Below, piece after piece: positions 36,169 to 48,556 of a stretch of 64,000 nt of DNA (position 1 is its first letter; the number at the start of each line of letters is the position of its first letter). The stretch comes from Candidatus Lloydbacteria bacterium (GTDB lineage: Bacteria > Patescibacteriota > Minisyncoccia > Phycocordibacterales > UBA6899), in contig JAYSTI010000001.1 of the NCBI GenBank assembly GCA_043719805.1, positions 80,230 to 144,229 on the forward strand. The letters are read 5' to 3'. A model generated the notes under the pieces. The model was given only the letters and a program-made list of their open reading frames with translations. It was not told the origin of the DNA and did not search any database. The position numbers and the translations under genes were made by a program.

Positions 36169-37911
36169 ATGGACAACGCGGAAAAACTGCATAATACGAG
36201 ACATACATTTGCCCACCTCCTTGCGATGGCGGCTATCGAATTCGACCCCGAGGTGAAGCTCGGTATCGGACCCGTCACGGAAAGCGGCTTCTACTACGAC
36301 TTCGCATTTTCGAAGACCCCAACCCCGGAAGACCTGAAAGGCTTCGAAAAATCAATGCGCAAATTCATCAATCAAAAACTTGCGATGAACGGCCGTGAGA
36401 TTACAAAAGCTGAGGGGGAAAAACTTTTCGCGGGACAACCATTGAAGCTTGAGCTCTTGGAACAATATGCAAAAGAAGACAAAACACTCACCGCATATAC
36501 TTTGGGCAATTTCACCGACCTCTGTAAGGGCGGCCACGTTGAGAGTACAGGTGAAGTAGACGCCGGTGCATTCTCACTCATTCGCATCGCCGGCGCGTAC
36601 TGGCGCGGAGATGAAAAGAATCAAATGCTCACGCGCATCTACGGATACGCCTTCGATACAAAGGACGACCTTCTCGAATACGAGACCATGCTCGTGGAAG
36701 CAAAGAAGCGCGACCACAAGAAGCTCGGCAAAGAGTTGGACCTTTTCACATTCTCCGACCTAGTCGGCCCCGGACTTCCCCTCTTTACTCCGAAAGGAAC
36801 CCACTTGCGCAACACGCTCGATGAATACGTGTGGCAGCTACGTCGCGCACGCGGATATGAGAAAGTCGAGATTCCACACATCACCAAAAAGGAGCTCTAC
36901 ATCACTAGTGGACATTGGGACAAATTCAAGGACGAGCTCTTCCGCATCACGACGCGCGAGGGTCACGAATTCGCGATGAAGCCGATGAATTGTCCGCACC
37001 ACACGCAAATTTATGACCGTAAGGCTTGGAGCTACCGCGAACTACCGCAACGATACGCAAACTCAACTGCTTGCTACCGCGATGAGCAATCCGGAGAACT
37101 CTCAGGGCTTTCACGCGTCCGCGCATTCACGCAAGACGATGCGCACGTGTTTTGCCGCATGTCGCAGGCGAAGGAGGAGTTTCTGAAGATATGGGATATA
37201 GTGCAAATATTCTACAAAACATTCGGATTCGACCTACGCGTCCGCATCTCAAAACACGACCCGGCCAAACCGGAAAACTATCTCGGGGGCAAGGAAAATT
37301 GGGCAATCGCCGAGCAGATGCTCGAGGATATTGCGAAAGAAAAAAATGCTAATTCATTCGAGGGGGTCGGCGAGGCCGCTTTTTACGGACCAAAGCTCGA
37401 CTTCATGGCAAAGGACGCCATCGGTCGCGAGTGGCAAGTCGCAACGATTCAACTCGACATGAACATGCCTGAGCGATTTAACCTCGTGTGCACCAACGAG
37501 AAGGGCGAAAAAGAACGCATTGTCATGATTCATGCCGCCATCATGGGCTCGATTGACCGATTCCTCTCGATACTTATCGAACACACCGGCGGTAACTTCC
37601 CCCTCTGGCTCTCACCGATGCAAGTAGTCATCGTCCCCATCAGCGACGCACACCAGGCATTTGCACAAGAGGTGGCGGCAAAGCTCCGCGAGCATGATAT
37701 TCGCGTGTCGCTCATCCTCGATAGTGAATCACTCGGCAAGAAAATTCGGGATGCAAAAGTAGGCAAGATTCCCTACACCCTCGTCATCGGCGATGCCGAA
37801 GTCGCAGGTCGCACCGTGACACTTGAGTCCCGTGAGGAAGGCAAGGTCGGAGAGCTCAGCCTCGACAATCTCCTCGCGCGTTTTTCGGAAGAAATTGCTT
37901 CAAAAAAATAA
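36169..37911 (+). CDS. thrS: threonyl-tRNA synthetase (short form, about 580 aa)
   Basis: Class II aaRS motifs, TGS/second additional domain region, anticodon-binding domain; ORF-track GTG start at 36133 lies in the leader terminator T-run. Confidence 0.95.
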   Translation: MDNAEKLHNTRHTFAHLLAMAAIEFDPEVKLGIGPVTESGFYYDFAFSKTPTPEDLKGFEKSMRKFINQKLAMNGREITKAEGEKLFAGQPLKLELLEQYAKEDKTLTAYTLGNFTDLCKGGHVESTGEVDAGAFSLIRIAGAYWRGDEKNQMLTRIYGYAFDTKDDLLEYETMLVEAKKRDHKKLGKELDLFTFSDLVGPGLPLFTPKGTHLRNTLDEYVWQLRRARGYEKVEIPHITKKELYITSGHWDKFKDELFRITTREGHEFAMKPMNCPHHTQIYDRKAWSYRELPQRYANSTACYRDEQSGELSGLSRVRAFTQDDAHVFCRMSQAKEEFLKIWDIVQIFYKTFGFDLRVRISKHDPAKPENYLGGKENWAIAEQMLEDIAKEKNANSFEGVGEAAFYGPKLDFMAKDAIGREWQVATIQLDMNMPERFNLVCTNEKGEKERIVMIHAAIMGSIDRFLSILIEHTGGNFPLWLSPMQVVIVPISDAHQAFAQEVAAKLREHDIRVSLILDSESLGKKIRDAKVGKIPYTLVIGDAEVAGRTVTLESREEGKVGELSLDNLLARFSEEIASKK

Positions 37912-37996
37912 CCCTACCAATAAAACGCTTGCGGGGTTTATCCAACACCGTATACTGAAAATAGACCTGTTCACCACACCTGCCGCGAGGTTCACG

Positions 37997-38437
37997 ATGA
38001 AACATCAGCCGATCCTACTTGATGGGGTCGCAGCTCCCGACCCCAAATATGCACCTCTTGGCGTTTACATTGCCTACGCGCCGGACGAAATGACTGAACT
38101 TGAACATCTCGTCGATTTTCTGTGTGCATATCTCGGAATTACCCCGCGCATGAAGCGCAAGGCATCCACCCATCCGTACTGCCAAGTGGGTGAGGACGAA
38201 GTGAGTCTGCCCATGCTCACAAAACTCATGCCCATGCTTTGCAATGAAGGCGTTGGAGTGGCGATAGGATTCTTCTATCCCAAAGCAAAGAAGCATGCGA
38301 TGCCCGACAACATGACCGCATTTCGCGCCTACAAGGCACACCTTGATGCTGGCAAGGAACCCGGACTTGAGGAAGTGCTCCTCGTCTACAAAGAAGTCGA
38401 AAGTCTATACTTCCCCACTGGAAGCAGGCTCAATTGA
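37997..38437 (+). CDS. hypothetical protein (146 aa)
   Basis: ATG at 37997 inside a longer ORF overlapping the thrS 3' end; terminator downstream. Confidence 0.5.
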   Translation: MKHQPILLDGVAAPDPKYAPLGVYIAYAPDEMTELEHLVDFLCAYLGITPRMKRKASTHPYCQVGEDEVSLPMLTKLMPMLCNEGVGVAIGFFYPKAKKHAMPDNMTAFRAYKAHLDAGKEPGLEEVLLVYKEVESLYFPTGSRLN

Positions 38438-38443
38438 AAAGCA

Positions 38444-38472
38444 AAACGCGCAACGATGTTGCGTGTTTTTTT
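38444..38472. terminator. bidirectional intrinsic terminator
   Basis: acgcgcaac-gat-gttgcgtgt with A/T runs. Confidence 0.5.
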
Positions 38473-38487
38473 ATTACACCGCATCCG

Positions 38488-39129
38488 TTAGTGCGTCTCC
38501 GCCAAATGCGCGTCATCGTTCCACGTGATGACCTTCCATTTATTTCCCTCTCCTCTTTCCGAATCAAAGACACAGTGAGTGATGCCCGTGTTGCTCAGCT
38601 TCATCGTCATGCAAATTCTTTTAAATTCCCTAAAGGAAGCCTCCTGTCCGAAAATAATCGCACAGAGTAATGCGTGGAGAAAAAATGAATGCGTAACAAC
38701 CAATACTGACGACTCTTCGCGCGACTCAAGAAGCAGCAACGCGGATTTTGCTCGTGAATTAAGCTGTTCAAACAATTCACCTCCCGGATATCTTTTTTCA
38801 ATACCACCAATCATATCGAGGTGATCCGGACCGCCATCGGCCTGCTTTGGTAGCCCGATAATTGCATTCGGGTAACGATATTCGAGAAAGCGATCGTCTT
38901 TTACAATCGGTTTATTATTCTTTTTTTGAATTGCTTCAGCCGTTTTAAAGGCTCGTTGGTAGGTGCTTGTAAAAATCATCTCGAAATCAAGAGTCGCACA
39001 TCTTGCGGCGCATTCTTCTGCCTGAGAGACTCCCTGTGGAGTAAGCGCAGTATCGTGAGCCAGCGCCGTGTCCGACAAATTGTATTCACTTTGACCATGT
39101 CGCACAAAATAGACGTGCTTCTTGGCCAT
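38488..39129 (-). CDS. histidine phosphatase family protein (phosphoglycerate mutase-like)
   Basis: VYFVRHGQSEYN catalytic motif; start overlaps the gyrB stop. Confidence 0.75.
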   Translation of the reverse strand: MAKKHVYFVRHGQSEYNLSDTALAHDTALTPQGVSQAEECAARCATLDFEMIFTSTYQRAFKTAEAIQKKNNKPIVKDDRFLEYRYPNAIIGLPKQADGGPDHLDMIGGIEKRYPGGELFEQLNSRAKSALLLLESREESSVLVVTHSFFLHALLCAIIFGQEASFREFKRICMTMKLSNTGITHCVFDSERGEGNKWKVITWNDDAHLAETH

Positions 39130-39130
39130 A

Positions 39131-41230
<2,100 letters not shown>

Positions 41231-41365
41231 CTATTTTAGATAGATAATTGCCCACTAAAAAGTGAGCAATCTGATGTGGGAAGTATAACAAATTAAAGCA
41301 AGAAACAAAAGCGCAAATTAAGCCAAAAAGTGCCCAATTTGCAACGTATTTTCATCTATATTTTC

Positions 41366-43288
41366 CTATCGCACCTGCCAGTCAGTTTCTCTGTTGCACG
41401 CGAGGGTAACGCGCTCCATGATGGCGCCCACTTCATCGTCGGTGAGCGTGCGCTCGAACGATTGGAATACCATGCGGTAACCATAGGAAACGCGATTCTC
41501 GTCGGGCTTCCGGAATTTATCAAATTGCGCAAATCGCACGACCAACTCCCCTGCTTCTTTTTTTAATAGCGTTTCAATATATTCCTCTGTCACCTCCTGT
41601 GGAACAAAGATGGCAATGTCACGAACGATGAATGGATATGCGGAGAGTGTTTTGTAACGCATTTCTATTTCCTCGCCGAGCAGCGCATCATAGTGCTCCG
41701 GCTCGGGAAGACCTTTAATACTTGCGTCAAAATCAATTTCTATAACAAGTCCGTCCGCTTCATCAAGCTCACTTACGGAAACCATCGTTGCGCCGATTGC
41801 ACTCTCGAGTGCGGGCAACAGTGCTCGCAATTCTTCTTTTGCCGCTACTATTTTTTTCTTCCCGGATGTGCGTACGCCGAGGGCGAGCGACATTTTTTCA
41901 CCTTCGGCGGGAAAAATATTTCCAAATTCAAATATATGCACGTCGTGTATTCCGATAAGCGGGGCATTCAAAAAATTCACCGCAAGGGAACGCCAGAGAC
42001 CGGTCGCGAGTATTCTCCGCATAAATGGTCTGTCATTTCCTACGGGGTGCAGCACTCCGATTTCCCCCTCTCCCGGTCGGGCAAATGAATACGTGAATAC
42101 TTCAGAAAATCCTTGTTCTACCAAAAATTTTCGCACCTTATTCGCGTAATACATACGCTTATGCGGAACACCTTTTCGCAGCAACGTCGGAAGTAGCGGC
42201 ACAATACTTTCGTAGCCGACATGTCGTCCAACCTCTTCAATCATGTCCTCTTTGATGCGCAAATCAAGACGTTCCTCCGGCGCGGTCACAATAAACACTT
42301 CGCCACTTTTCTCGTACTTGTGGCCTGCGCGAGTGAGAACTTTGGAGAGGTCATCCGCTGAGAGAGTAAGTCCGAGCAAGTGGTTCACGTCGTTGACAGA
42401 TACGGAAACAAACAAAAGCTCTTCAGGGGAAGGGTAGGTGTCTGTCGTCTGCCCGACCGCGACACCCTCACCGCCATAGAGTGCGAGAAGCGAGAGTGCG
42501 AGATCACAACCCTCCTTTGCGAACGCGGACGTCATGCCATTTTCATAGCGCTTTGATGCGTCGGTCTTGATGTTATGTTTTTGGGAAGTTTTCCGCGTCA
42601 GGGTCGGATCAAAATTTGCACATTCAAGAATGATACTTTTTGTTTCAGCAGTGACTTCGGCCTTCTTGCCGCCCTTAATTCCCGCAAGCGCGAGCACGCC
42701 CTCATCGTCCGCAATGACCAACTCCGTTCCGAGGAACGTAAGGGCCTTGCTGTCAAGCGTCGTCATCATCTCCCCCGCACGCGCCAAGCGCACAGTGATT
42801 CCTCCTGCAACTTTTTCCGCATCAAATGCATGCAATGGTTGCCCGATATCAAAAAGGACGAAGTTCGTGATATCAACGATGTTGTTGATACTCCTACCAC
42901 CAGCAGCTTCAACCTTTGCCGCCATCTCTTTTGGTGTCGCTCCGATGGTGACATTGTCGACTCGAGTCGCGATATAGCGCTGGCAGAGCTTCGCATCATC
43001 GATGGTTACTCGAACAAGCGGAACCCCCGCATCTCGCTGCACCTCGTCGTATTTCCGTTCTTTGCGCGACACTCCAAGCAGTGCGCCAATCTCCCGCGCC
43101 ATACCACGATGACTGAGTGCATCGTGCGCACGGTCCGGCAATACCTTGATTTCTAGTATCGTGTCGCCACCCTTCTCCTCTATCTCCTCAATTTCGAATG
43201 CCCGAAGAGTCACCTCACGCGCGATGGTCGTAATGTCGGGTAGCGGAGTCGCTAAATGCTCCTGAAGCCAGTTGAGAGAGTATTTCAT
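41366..43288 (-). CDS. pheT: phenylalanyl-tRNA synthetase beta subunit (short, 640 aa)
   Basis: B3/B4, B5 and catalytic-like domains; begins MKYSLNWLQEHL. Confidence 0.9.
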   Translation of the reverse strand: MKYSLNWLQEHLATPLPDITTIAREVTLRAFEIEEIEEKGGDTILEIKVLPDRAHDALSHRGMAREIGALLGVSRKERKYDEVQRDAGVPLVRVTIDDAKLCQRYIATRVDNVTIGATPKEMAAKVEAAGGRSINNIVDITNFVLFDIGQPLHAFDAEKVAGGITVRLARAGEMMTTLDSKALTFLGTELVIADDEGVLALAGIKGGKKAEVTAETKSIILECANFDPTLTRKTSQKHNIKTDASKRYENGMTSAFAKEGCDLALSLLALYGGEGVAVGQTTDTYPSPEELLFVSVSVNDVNHLLGLTLSADDLSKVLTRAGHKYEKSGEVFIVTAPEERLDLRIKEDMIEEVGRHVGYESIVPLLPTLLRKGVPHKRMYYANKVRKFLVEQGFSEVFTYSFARPGEGEIGVLHPVGNDRPFMRRILATGLWRSLAVNFLNAPLIGIHDVHIFEFGNIFPAEGEKMSLALGVRTSGKKKIVAAKEELRALLPALESAIGATMVSVSELDEADGLVIEIDFDASIKGLPEPEHYDALLGEEIEMRYKTLSAYPFIVRDIAIFVPQEVTEEYIETLLKKEAGELVVRFAQFDKFRKPDENRVSYGYRMVFQSFERTLTDDEVGAIMERVTLACNRETDWQVR

Positions 43289-43716
43289 ATAAGTTTCAGG
43301 GTCGCCGCGAGCTTTTCGGATAAATGAGCATTGATGTTATCGGGCAATGTCCTTTTTACTCCAAATGCTTCAGAAAGATAATGATGTCCGAAGTTAGGGT
43401 CGCTGAATTTCTCACCTAATACCACAATCGGCTCTTTGTACCGAGGACGCAAGTGCCAATGCACCCTCGGTCTCTCTCCGTCCCTGTATGCATCATTCAT
43501 GAGGCAAGAATAATTAAACATGGTCGCGTTGAATTCGCGACGATAGAAATCCTCGAGATGCTTTACTATATTAAAAAAATCTAATTGCTCTTCCTGCGAA
43601 ATATCACCGAGCGCTGTTTTGTCACTCAATAAAACAATAACTAGTCGCCCAAAATATGCCTGGTTGTCAGACAAAATTATTTTCCAATATTTTGTTTCGA
43701 AGAGACTGCTGTTCAT
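43285..43716 (-). CDS. HIT-like domain protein (143 aa) between pheS and pheT
   Basis: Partial histidine triad-like segment RVHWHLRPRY and a preceding GRLVIVL nucleotide-binding-like region; weak. Confidence 0.4.
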   Translation of the reverse strand: MNSSLFETKYWKIILSDNQAYFGRLVIVLLSDKTALGDISQEEQLDFFNIVKHLEDFYRREFNATMFNYSCLMNDAYRDGERPRVHWHLRPRYKEPIVVLGEKFSDPNFGHHYLSEAFGVKRTLPDNINAHLSEKLAATLKLI

Positions 43717-43717
43717 A

Positions 43718-44581
43718 TTAGAATTGATTCACGACACGCAGGTCGCCGCTATACAAAAGTCGAATGTCATCAATGCCCCACTTCAACATGGCGAGTCGGT
43801 CGATGCCGCCGCCGAAAGCAAAGCCCTGATATATGGAGCTATCGACTCCGCAGTTTTCAAGTACGTTAGGATGCACCATGCCGGATCCCATTATTTCTAT
43901 CCAACCTGACTGCTTACAAACTCCGCATCCTTTTCCTTCACACTTAAAACATTGCATGTCTATTTCCGCCGAGGGTTCAGTGAACGGGAAAAAAGAAGCA
44001 CGCAAACGCACTTCAATCTCTTTTCCGAATAACTCCGTAAACAGATGGCGAAGCACCCCCTTCAAATGTGCGAGCGAAATATCTTTTCCGATGAGGAGAC
44101 CTTCGACTTGATGAAACTGTGCTTCATGCGTCGCATCCGTCGCCTCGTTGCGAAACGCCTTGCCCGGGACGACCATCGCGAGCAGGTCGTTCTTGTACCC
44201 TCCCTTCGCCCACATCTGCATTGTGCGAATTTGTACTGGGGAAGTGTGCGTACGGAGAAGGCGGCGTTCGATATCCCCCGCCCCAGGTTTGAGCCCTAAA
44301 CCAGAAGACTGGTCGGTTAAAGCAGTTTGCTGCTCGCCCGATTCGCCTGGCGAATTTAGGGGCGAACCGCTTCCGGGCGGTTTTAGCCAAAACGTATCCT
44401 GCATATCGCGTGACGGATGGTCCTTTGGAACATTGAGCGCATCGAAATTATAGAACTCGGTCTCAATCTCCGGTCCGTCTGCAACATCAAAACCCATCTC
44501 GGTCATGATGACGCAAATACGGTCGATCATTATTGTGAGAGGGTGCAAGTGCCCAGTGATGCTTTTTTCCTCGGCGGTCAT
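43718..44581 (-). CDS. pheS: phenylalanyl-tRNA synthetase alpha subunit (short, 287 aa)
   Basis: Class II motifs (FHQVEGLLIG, FFPFTEPSAEIDMQC) and the CxxC...CxxC insertion. Confidence 0.9.
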   Translation of the reverse strand: MTAEEKSITGHLHPLTIMIDRICVIMTEMGFDVADGPEIETEFYNFDALNVPKDHPSRDMQDTFWLKPPGSGSPLNSPGESGEQQTALTDQSSGLGLKPGAGDIERRLLRTHTSPVQIRTMQMWAKGGYKNDLLAMVVPGKAFRNEATDATHEAQFHQVEGLLIGKDISLAHLKGVLRHLFTELFGKEIEVRLRASFFPFTEPSAEIDMQCFKCEGKGCGVCKQSGWIEIMGSGMVHPNVLENCGVDSSIYQGFAFGGGIDRLAMLKWGIDDIRLLYSGDLRVVNQF

Positions 44582-44887
44582 TGCCCTATTGTATAGAAAA
44601 AGCCCCTCGTTGCAAACGAGAGTCGAAATTACAATGAAGAACAGGATTACTGCTGGTCTGCCTGTGCTGTAGCCTCATTTACTTGTTGTACTTTTTCCGC
44701 AACAAGCCCTCTCTCGTACTTCACGTAAAAATAGAACGCAATTGTGAGCACAAAAAGGGTGAGGGCAAAATAGCGTACAACGAGGCAAATCGTGCATCGT
44801 TTTTTTTCTTCAGGGTCGGGTGTTACTTGATTGGTGTCTATATTCATATTGACAAAAACATTCTTCTTCGGACGAAGTGTTTTAGGG

Positions 44888-44960
44888 AGCCGCCTCCCAG
44901 ATTCGAACTGGGGACCTTCACTTTACAAAAGTGTTGCTCTACCAACTGAGCTAAGGCGGC
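44888..44960 (-). tRNA. tRNA-Thr (anticodon UGU), no encoded CCA
   Basis: GCCGCCU acceptor stem, D-arm GCUCAGUUGGUAGAGC, anticodon loop UUUGUAA, T-arm CCCAGUUCGAAUCUGGG; hairpin plus T-run directly downstream. Confidence 0.8.
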
Positions 44961-45015
44961 ATGGTTAGCAAACTCTGCTAACGCAACTATTTTTATCAGA
45001 AATTCATTCTTTTGG

Positions 45016-45390
45016 CTACATCGAACGGCTACTATTCTCGCGCTCCACGTCCCGCTCCTTATGTTCCGCAATTTGTTTCAAGAAAAATGATGACGCACGA
45101 CCCTTTTCTGATTGAATGCGGCCATAAACACGACTGATGAAAAGGTCTTGCCCACGCTTGACCATTACGAGTCCGGCACTGAGTGAGCGTTGTCCATGTG
45201 GCTTTGCTGCATCAAGTAATTTGTAAAAATCACGATGAAGTGTCGTGATCTCTCTTGAGACCACGTCACCTAATCGGATCTGACTTTGTTCGTTGACGTT
45301 TTCTTGTCTCCCCGCATTCTTGCGTGCATAGACAACAATGCAGAGGAGCGTGAGCGCTGAAACTATCCAAATAATGAGGAGCGTCGACAT
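45016..45390 (-). CDS. membrane-anchored hypothetical protein (124 aa)
   Basis: N-terminal TM helix LLIIWIVSALTLLCIVVY; starts 9 nt after the tsf stop. Confidence 0.5.
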   Translation of the reverse strand: MSTLLIIWIVSALTLLCIVVYARKNAGRQENVNEQSQIRLGDVVSREITTLHRDFYKLLDAAKPHGQRSLSAGLVMVKRGQDLFISRVYGRIQSEKGRASSFFLKQIAEHKERDVERENSSRSM

Positions 45391-45399
45391 GGATTTTTA

Positions 45400-45987
45400 C
45401 TACTTTCCAACAGCAAATCGCTCAAAGCGCACAATCTCCGTATTCTCTCCAAATTTCTGTACTGCTGTTTTGATGAGGTCTCCTATAGTGACTTCGCCGT
45501 TTTTGACGAAAGGCTGGTCAACAAGAACCATTTCCTTGAAGTACACCTCGAGCTTTCCTGCAAGTGCTTTCTCTTTGATTGCCTCCGGCTTTCCCGCCAT
45601 CGTCTTTGCAACCTCTTCGGCGAAGAAGGCTTTTGCCTTTTCCTTGTCCGCCTCGGTGATGCCTGCCTGAGTCAAAAATTTTGGACGCATTGCCGCAACA
45701 TGCATTGCGATGTCATAGGCAAGCTTCTTGAAATCTTCATTCTTTGCAACGAAGTCTGTTTCGCAACCAAGCTCCACCATTGCGCCCACTGAGCCGTTTC
45801 CGTGTATATAAGCCGCAACAACCCCTGAGGCCAGCGCACGCTCACTCTTTTTGGCGGCAAGCTCCCCGCTCTTCTTGCGGAGCGCCATGCGTGCCTTCTC
45901 CATATCTCCACCGGTCTCTTCAAGCGCCTTCTTGCATTGCATGACCGCAACACCGGTCTCATCTCGTAATGCCTTGATCTGTTCCAT
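45400..45987 (-). CDS. tsf: elongation factor Ts (alternative start at 46011)
   Basis: MEQIKALRDETGVAVMQCKKAL aligns with the EF-Ts N-terminus; downstream of rpsB. Confidence 0.85.
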   Translation of the reverse strand: MEQIKALRDETGVAVMQCKKALEETGGDMEKARMALRKKSGELAAKKSERALASGVVAAYIHGNGSVGAMVELGCETDFVAKNEDFKKLAYDIAMHVAAMRPKFLTQAGITEADKEKAKAFFAEEVAKTMAGKPEAIKEKALAGKLEVYFKEMVLVDQPFVKNGEVTIGDLIKTAVQKFGENTEIVRFERFAVGK

Positions 45988-46165
45988 TCCAATTTCCATA
46001 TGTTTTTTCAATTAATGAACAAAAAATAAGTTGACGGAAGGCTTTCAAATTCAGACGAAGTTCGAGGCGTCGAGACCTCTGTGTCCGAGAGGACATAGTC
46101 TGCCTATGTTCTCCGGACCGGAGGTCGATGACAACGACGAAATTCGCTGAATTTGGGAGCCGTAA

Positions 46166-46861
46166 CTAGACGATGCGAGCCTTCTTGCCCGCTTCGTATG
46201 CTGCGGAAAGTTCCGCCATGAAATACTTCACAGAAAGAAGTGCTGAATCATTGGCAAGAATCGGGTACGTAATCTTTGATGCATCGCAGTCAGAATTGAG
46301 GAGAGCAATCGTCTCTACCTTCATCTTGTTGGCCTCCTTCACGGCAATATGCTCTTCGCGAGGGTCAACGATGATGATGGCACCCGGTGCACCCTCAAGT
46401 GAGGCGATTCCACCGAACTCCGTCTGAAGCCTGCCCATCTCGCGCTCAAACAAAAGTTTTTCCATCTTGGTATATTTGTCGAGCTCTCCCTTTGAAAACA
46501 TATCGGACAATTCCTTCAAGCGTCCAGTACGCTTCTTGATTTCGTTCCAGTTTGTAAGCATTCCGCCGACCCAACGCTCGGTGACGTAAGGCATGTTGAG
46601 AGACTTTGCAGCATCTTCAACGATTCCTTTTATCTCCTGCTTTGTCCCGACGAAAAGGACGTTCTTCCCAAGTTTTCCAAGTTCCATGACGCGTGCCTTC
46701 GCGACATCGAGCAACTTTGCAGTCTCGGTTAGGTCAATAATATCAACTCCGTTCTTTGACCCAAACAAGTAGGGTTTGACGGAGGCATGACGACGCGCTC
46801 GGGAATATCCGAAGTGTGCGCCGACATTAAACATTGCTTCTATTGCGGTATTTTCTGTCAT
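46166..46861 (-). CDS. rpsB: 30S ribosomal protein S2
   Basis: FNVGAHFGYSRARRHASVKPYLFG and VLFVGTKQ motifs. Confidence 0.9.
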   Translation of the reverse strand: MTENTAIEAMFNVGAHFGYSRARRHASVKPYLFGSKNGVDIIDLTETAKLLDVAKARVMELGKLGKNVLFVGTKQEIKGIVEDAAKSLNMPYVTERWVGGMLTNWNEIKKRTGRLKELSDMFSKGELDKYTKMEKLLFEREMGRLQTEFGGIASLEGAPGAIIIVDPREEHIAVKEANKMKVETIALLNSDCDASKITYPILANDSALLSVKYFMAELSAAYEAGKKARIV

Positions 46862-46989
46862 ATTGCTATGTCGCAAAACTATTAATAAGTGGGGTCATGC
46901 TATCAAAATTAGTCCATTTTCGCAAGCAAAACTCGACAAGCGCGGAAAGTTATTGTAGCGTAACAAAAGACTTCGGAAGGTGAGGGCGT

Positions 46990-47496
46990 ATGCCTAAAAT
47001 AACATATGAATTTGTCTCCTTCATCCATCACGTCTGGATGTTCCTCTTCATGTACGGATGGCTACTCATCCACGCAAAAGCTCGCTATGGCATCATGTAT
47101 GCAGGTGTTCTTCTCTCAACCATTGCAGCATGGAAAATCTGGAATAACACATGCCCAATAACCATTCTTGAGGACGCGCTCAAATACACAGGTGACGGTG
47201 AGCAGATTCCGAGCATTCTTCTTGAGCGCTGGGACCTCACCGGTGCATTTTGCTTCGCACTTCTACTCGCGGTGTCATTCATAGCTTCGGCATATAAATG
47301 GTGGGGAAAATTACCAAGCGGATCATCTGCTCATTACTTTCGAACAAATTCGCTCGGGCTGGTCGGGGTGATTGCCGTACTCTCTCTCACTCTCCGAGAA
47401 TTCGGCAATGCATTACTTCTCGCAAACATTGCTGTCGGTTGCATTGTCGCGATAGTCGGACTGGGGCTTAATTTCGGACGAAAACAAGTGTGCTAA
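46990..47496 (+). CDS. polytopic membrane protein (168 aa)
   Basis: Four or five hydrophobic helices. Confidence 0.55.
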   Translation: MPKITYEFVSFIHHVWMFLFMYGWLLIHAKARYGIMYAGVLLSTIAAWKIWNNTCPITILEDALKYTGDGEQIPSILLERWDLTGAFCFALLLAVSFIASAYKWWGKLPSGSSAHYFRTNSLGLVGVIAVLSLTLREFGNALLLANIAVGCIVAIVGLGLNFGRKQVC

Positions 47497-47540
47497 ACCA
47501 CGGTGTGGACTCTCATGTCCGCACTGTTTTATTTTTTACT

Positions 47541-47650
47541 ACTCATCACCCCCCTCCTCCCCGCTTCCCATCTCCCCGCTTGTCGCGCGCTCTGCTATTG
47601 TTTCGAGCATTTCATTGACGTCTCCAGCGAAGATGGCGTCGATGTTGGTG
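47541..47650 (-). pseudogene. displaced, degenerate copy of the prfA 3' end (last about 35 codons)
   Basis: About 85% nucleotide identity to 48895..49005; translates to [35 protein letters not shown], versus real RF1 [35 protein letters not shown]. Confidence 0.6.
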
Positions 47651-47881
47651 GCTGAAAAAAACGAACGCCAATCTTTTTGAGCGAGAGCGGTACATCATTT
47701 CGGAGTGCCACAAGGGTACTTCTTGCTTTTCTAATTCGCTCTGCTCATAAGAAAACAATGTCGCTCCACAGACGAATTGCTTGGTTCGACAGTCTTGCTG
47801 GCAAAATTCGTCGAGGACCGCCTGCTCGCCCCGCAGGAGGGCGAGCGGGTTGCTCCGAAATGATATACAGCACGAGCGAAA

Positions 47882-48142
47882 CTATTCGTACAACTCTGAG
47901 TGTGTCCCCAATGCAAACAAAAGCACGGCTTCGTCGTCCACCATCCTATATACGACACGCAGGTCGCCACTGACATTCAGGCTACGATAATTTGCATACT
48001 CGCCGTGAAGTTTGTGGTTTTGAAGCTGCGGATGATACGACTCCTCCACAAAAAGAAGTAGGCGCGCATCCACTTGTGTCTGTGTTTTTTGTGAAAGCTT
48101 TTTGTATTGCTTCCGAAACTGCGGAGAATAAACAAAGTGCAT
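47882..48142 (-). CDS. type II toxin, YafQ/RelE-family mRNA interferase
   Basis: 86 aa; C-terminal LRVVYRMVDDEAVLLFALGTHSELY typical of YafQ/RelE; starts 3 nt after the antitoxin stop. Confidence 0.75.
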   Translation of the reverse strand: MHFVYSPQFRKQYKKLSQKTQTQVDARLLLFVEESYHPQLQNHKLHGEYANYRSLNVSGDLRVVYRMVDDEAVLLFALGTHSELYE

Positions 48143-48145
48143 TGT

Positions 48146-48418
48146 TTATTTCTTAAGGTCGGTGAGCATTGCATCCATGGACTTGAATTCCTTGGAGAAC
48201 TTCCCTGCTTCGTGATCCTGCTCGGCGAGTAAAAGCACATCGCGTAAATAGGCAGAGGGTTTATATGATGCGGAAATGGTGATAGATCGCTCACGCACAA
48301 ATTGACGCAAAAATGCATTCACAACCGTGCCAAGTGAAAGCCCCAGCTCTTCTGCTGTTTCTTTTGCAGACTGCTTCAACGAGACATCTGTTTTGACCGA
48401 CAGGAGTGTTTTAGACAT
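48146..48418 (-). CDS. type II antitoxin, DinJ/RelB family (ribbon-helix-helix, 90 aa)
   Basis: MSKTLLSVKTDVSLKQSAKETAEELGLSLGTVVNAFLRQFV resembles DinJ; the longer ORF-track entry 48146..48829 is an artefact. Confidence 0.75.
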   Translation of the reverse strand: MSKTLLSVKTDVSLKQSAKETAEELGLSLGTVVNAFLRQFVRERSITISASYKPSAYLRDVLLLAEQDHEAGKFSKEFKSMDAMLTDLKK

Positions 48419-48453
48419 ATACCAAAGTATATACTTTGGTAATTCTCTGTCAA
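48419..48453 (-). promoter_or_regulatory. toxin-antitoxin promoter TTGACA-N16-TATACT with a perfect 20-bp palindromic operator
   Basis: ACCAAAGTATATACTTTGGT (48421..48440) overlaps the -10 and abuts the start codon. Confidence 0.6.
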
Positions 48454-48556
48454 TCTCCGCACCACAGCCCTCACTGTTGACAGAACATAATAAATTTGAT
48501 ATAATGTATCGGTATTTCGTAGAGTCCTTTTCGCAAACAAGTCTGGAGCCTACCCT

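Noticed and set aside
44647-44847. 66-aa minus-strand ORF immediately after the tRNA-Thr terminator
   Set aside because: The ATG abuts the terminator T-run with no ribosome-binding site; possibly a leaderless gene but support is insufficient.
44888-44960. tRNA-Thr(UGU) as the cognate tRNA of the thrS T-box
   Set aside because: The exposed ACC in the leader would pair with anticodon GGU, not UGU. The cognate sensor tRNA is presumably encoded elsewhere.
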